A DNA stretch of 64,000 bases from positions 84,286,262 through 84,350,261 of the forward strand of contig NC_068984.1 of NCBI RefSeq assembly GCF_001194135.2, in the 5' to 3' direction. This DNA is from Octopus bimaculoides (taxonomy: Eukaryota). The notes under the pieces were generated by a model. That model did no database searches and was not told the origin of the DNA. It saw only the letters and a list, made by a program, of their open reading frames with translations. The position numbers and the translations under genes are program-made. Numbering within the stretch: position 1 is the first letter of the stretch; the number at the start of each line of letters is the position of its first letter. Positions 63,999-64,000 of this stretch are shown in pieces.

Positions 63999-64000
63999 CG

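Overview
Eukaryotic, AT-rich, microsatellite-saturated scaffold window with about 14 assembly gaps. The SINE families and repeat landscape most resemble an octopus (coleoid cephalopod) genome; this is inference from pattern recognition, not a database hit. No host protein-coding gene can be called with confidence, only a few weak splice-bounded candidates. ORF-track entries made of X or dipeptide runs are gap or microsatellite artefacts. The window is a graveyard of diverse mobile elements: two mariner copies (one full length with TIRs, one with a long DD34D reading frame), a Tc1 remnant, an internally deleted Gypsy, a DIRS-like RT remnant, two R4/Dong-like LINE remnants, a CRE-like endonuclease tail, an L1/Tx1-like ORF1, several Penelope-like (PLE) fragments, MITEs (hAT, Tc1/mariner, Merlin-like) and many tRNA-derived SINEs. 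The most interesting signal is a set of type-I hammerhead-ribozyme-like motifs of the PLE/retrozyme kind. One forms the tail of a tRNA-headed SINE-like element, one sits inside a 346-bp 1.3-mer repeat, and two sit at the axis of fold-back palindromes.
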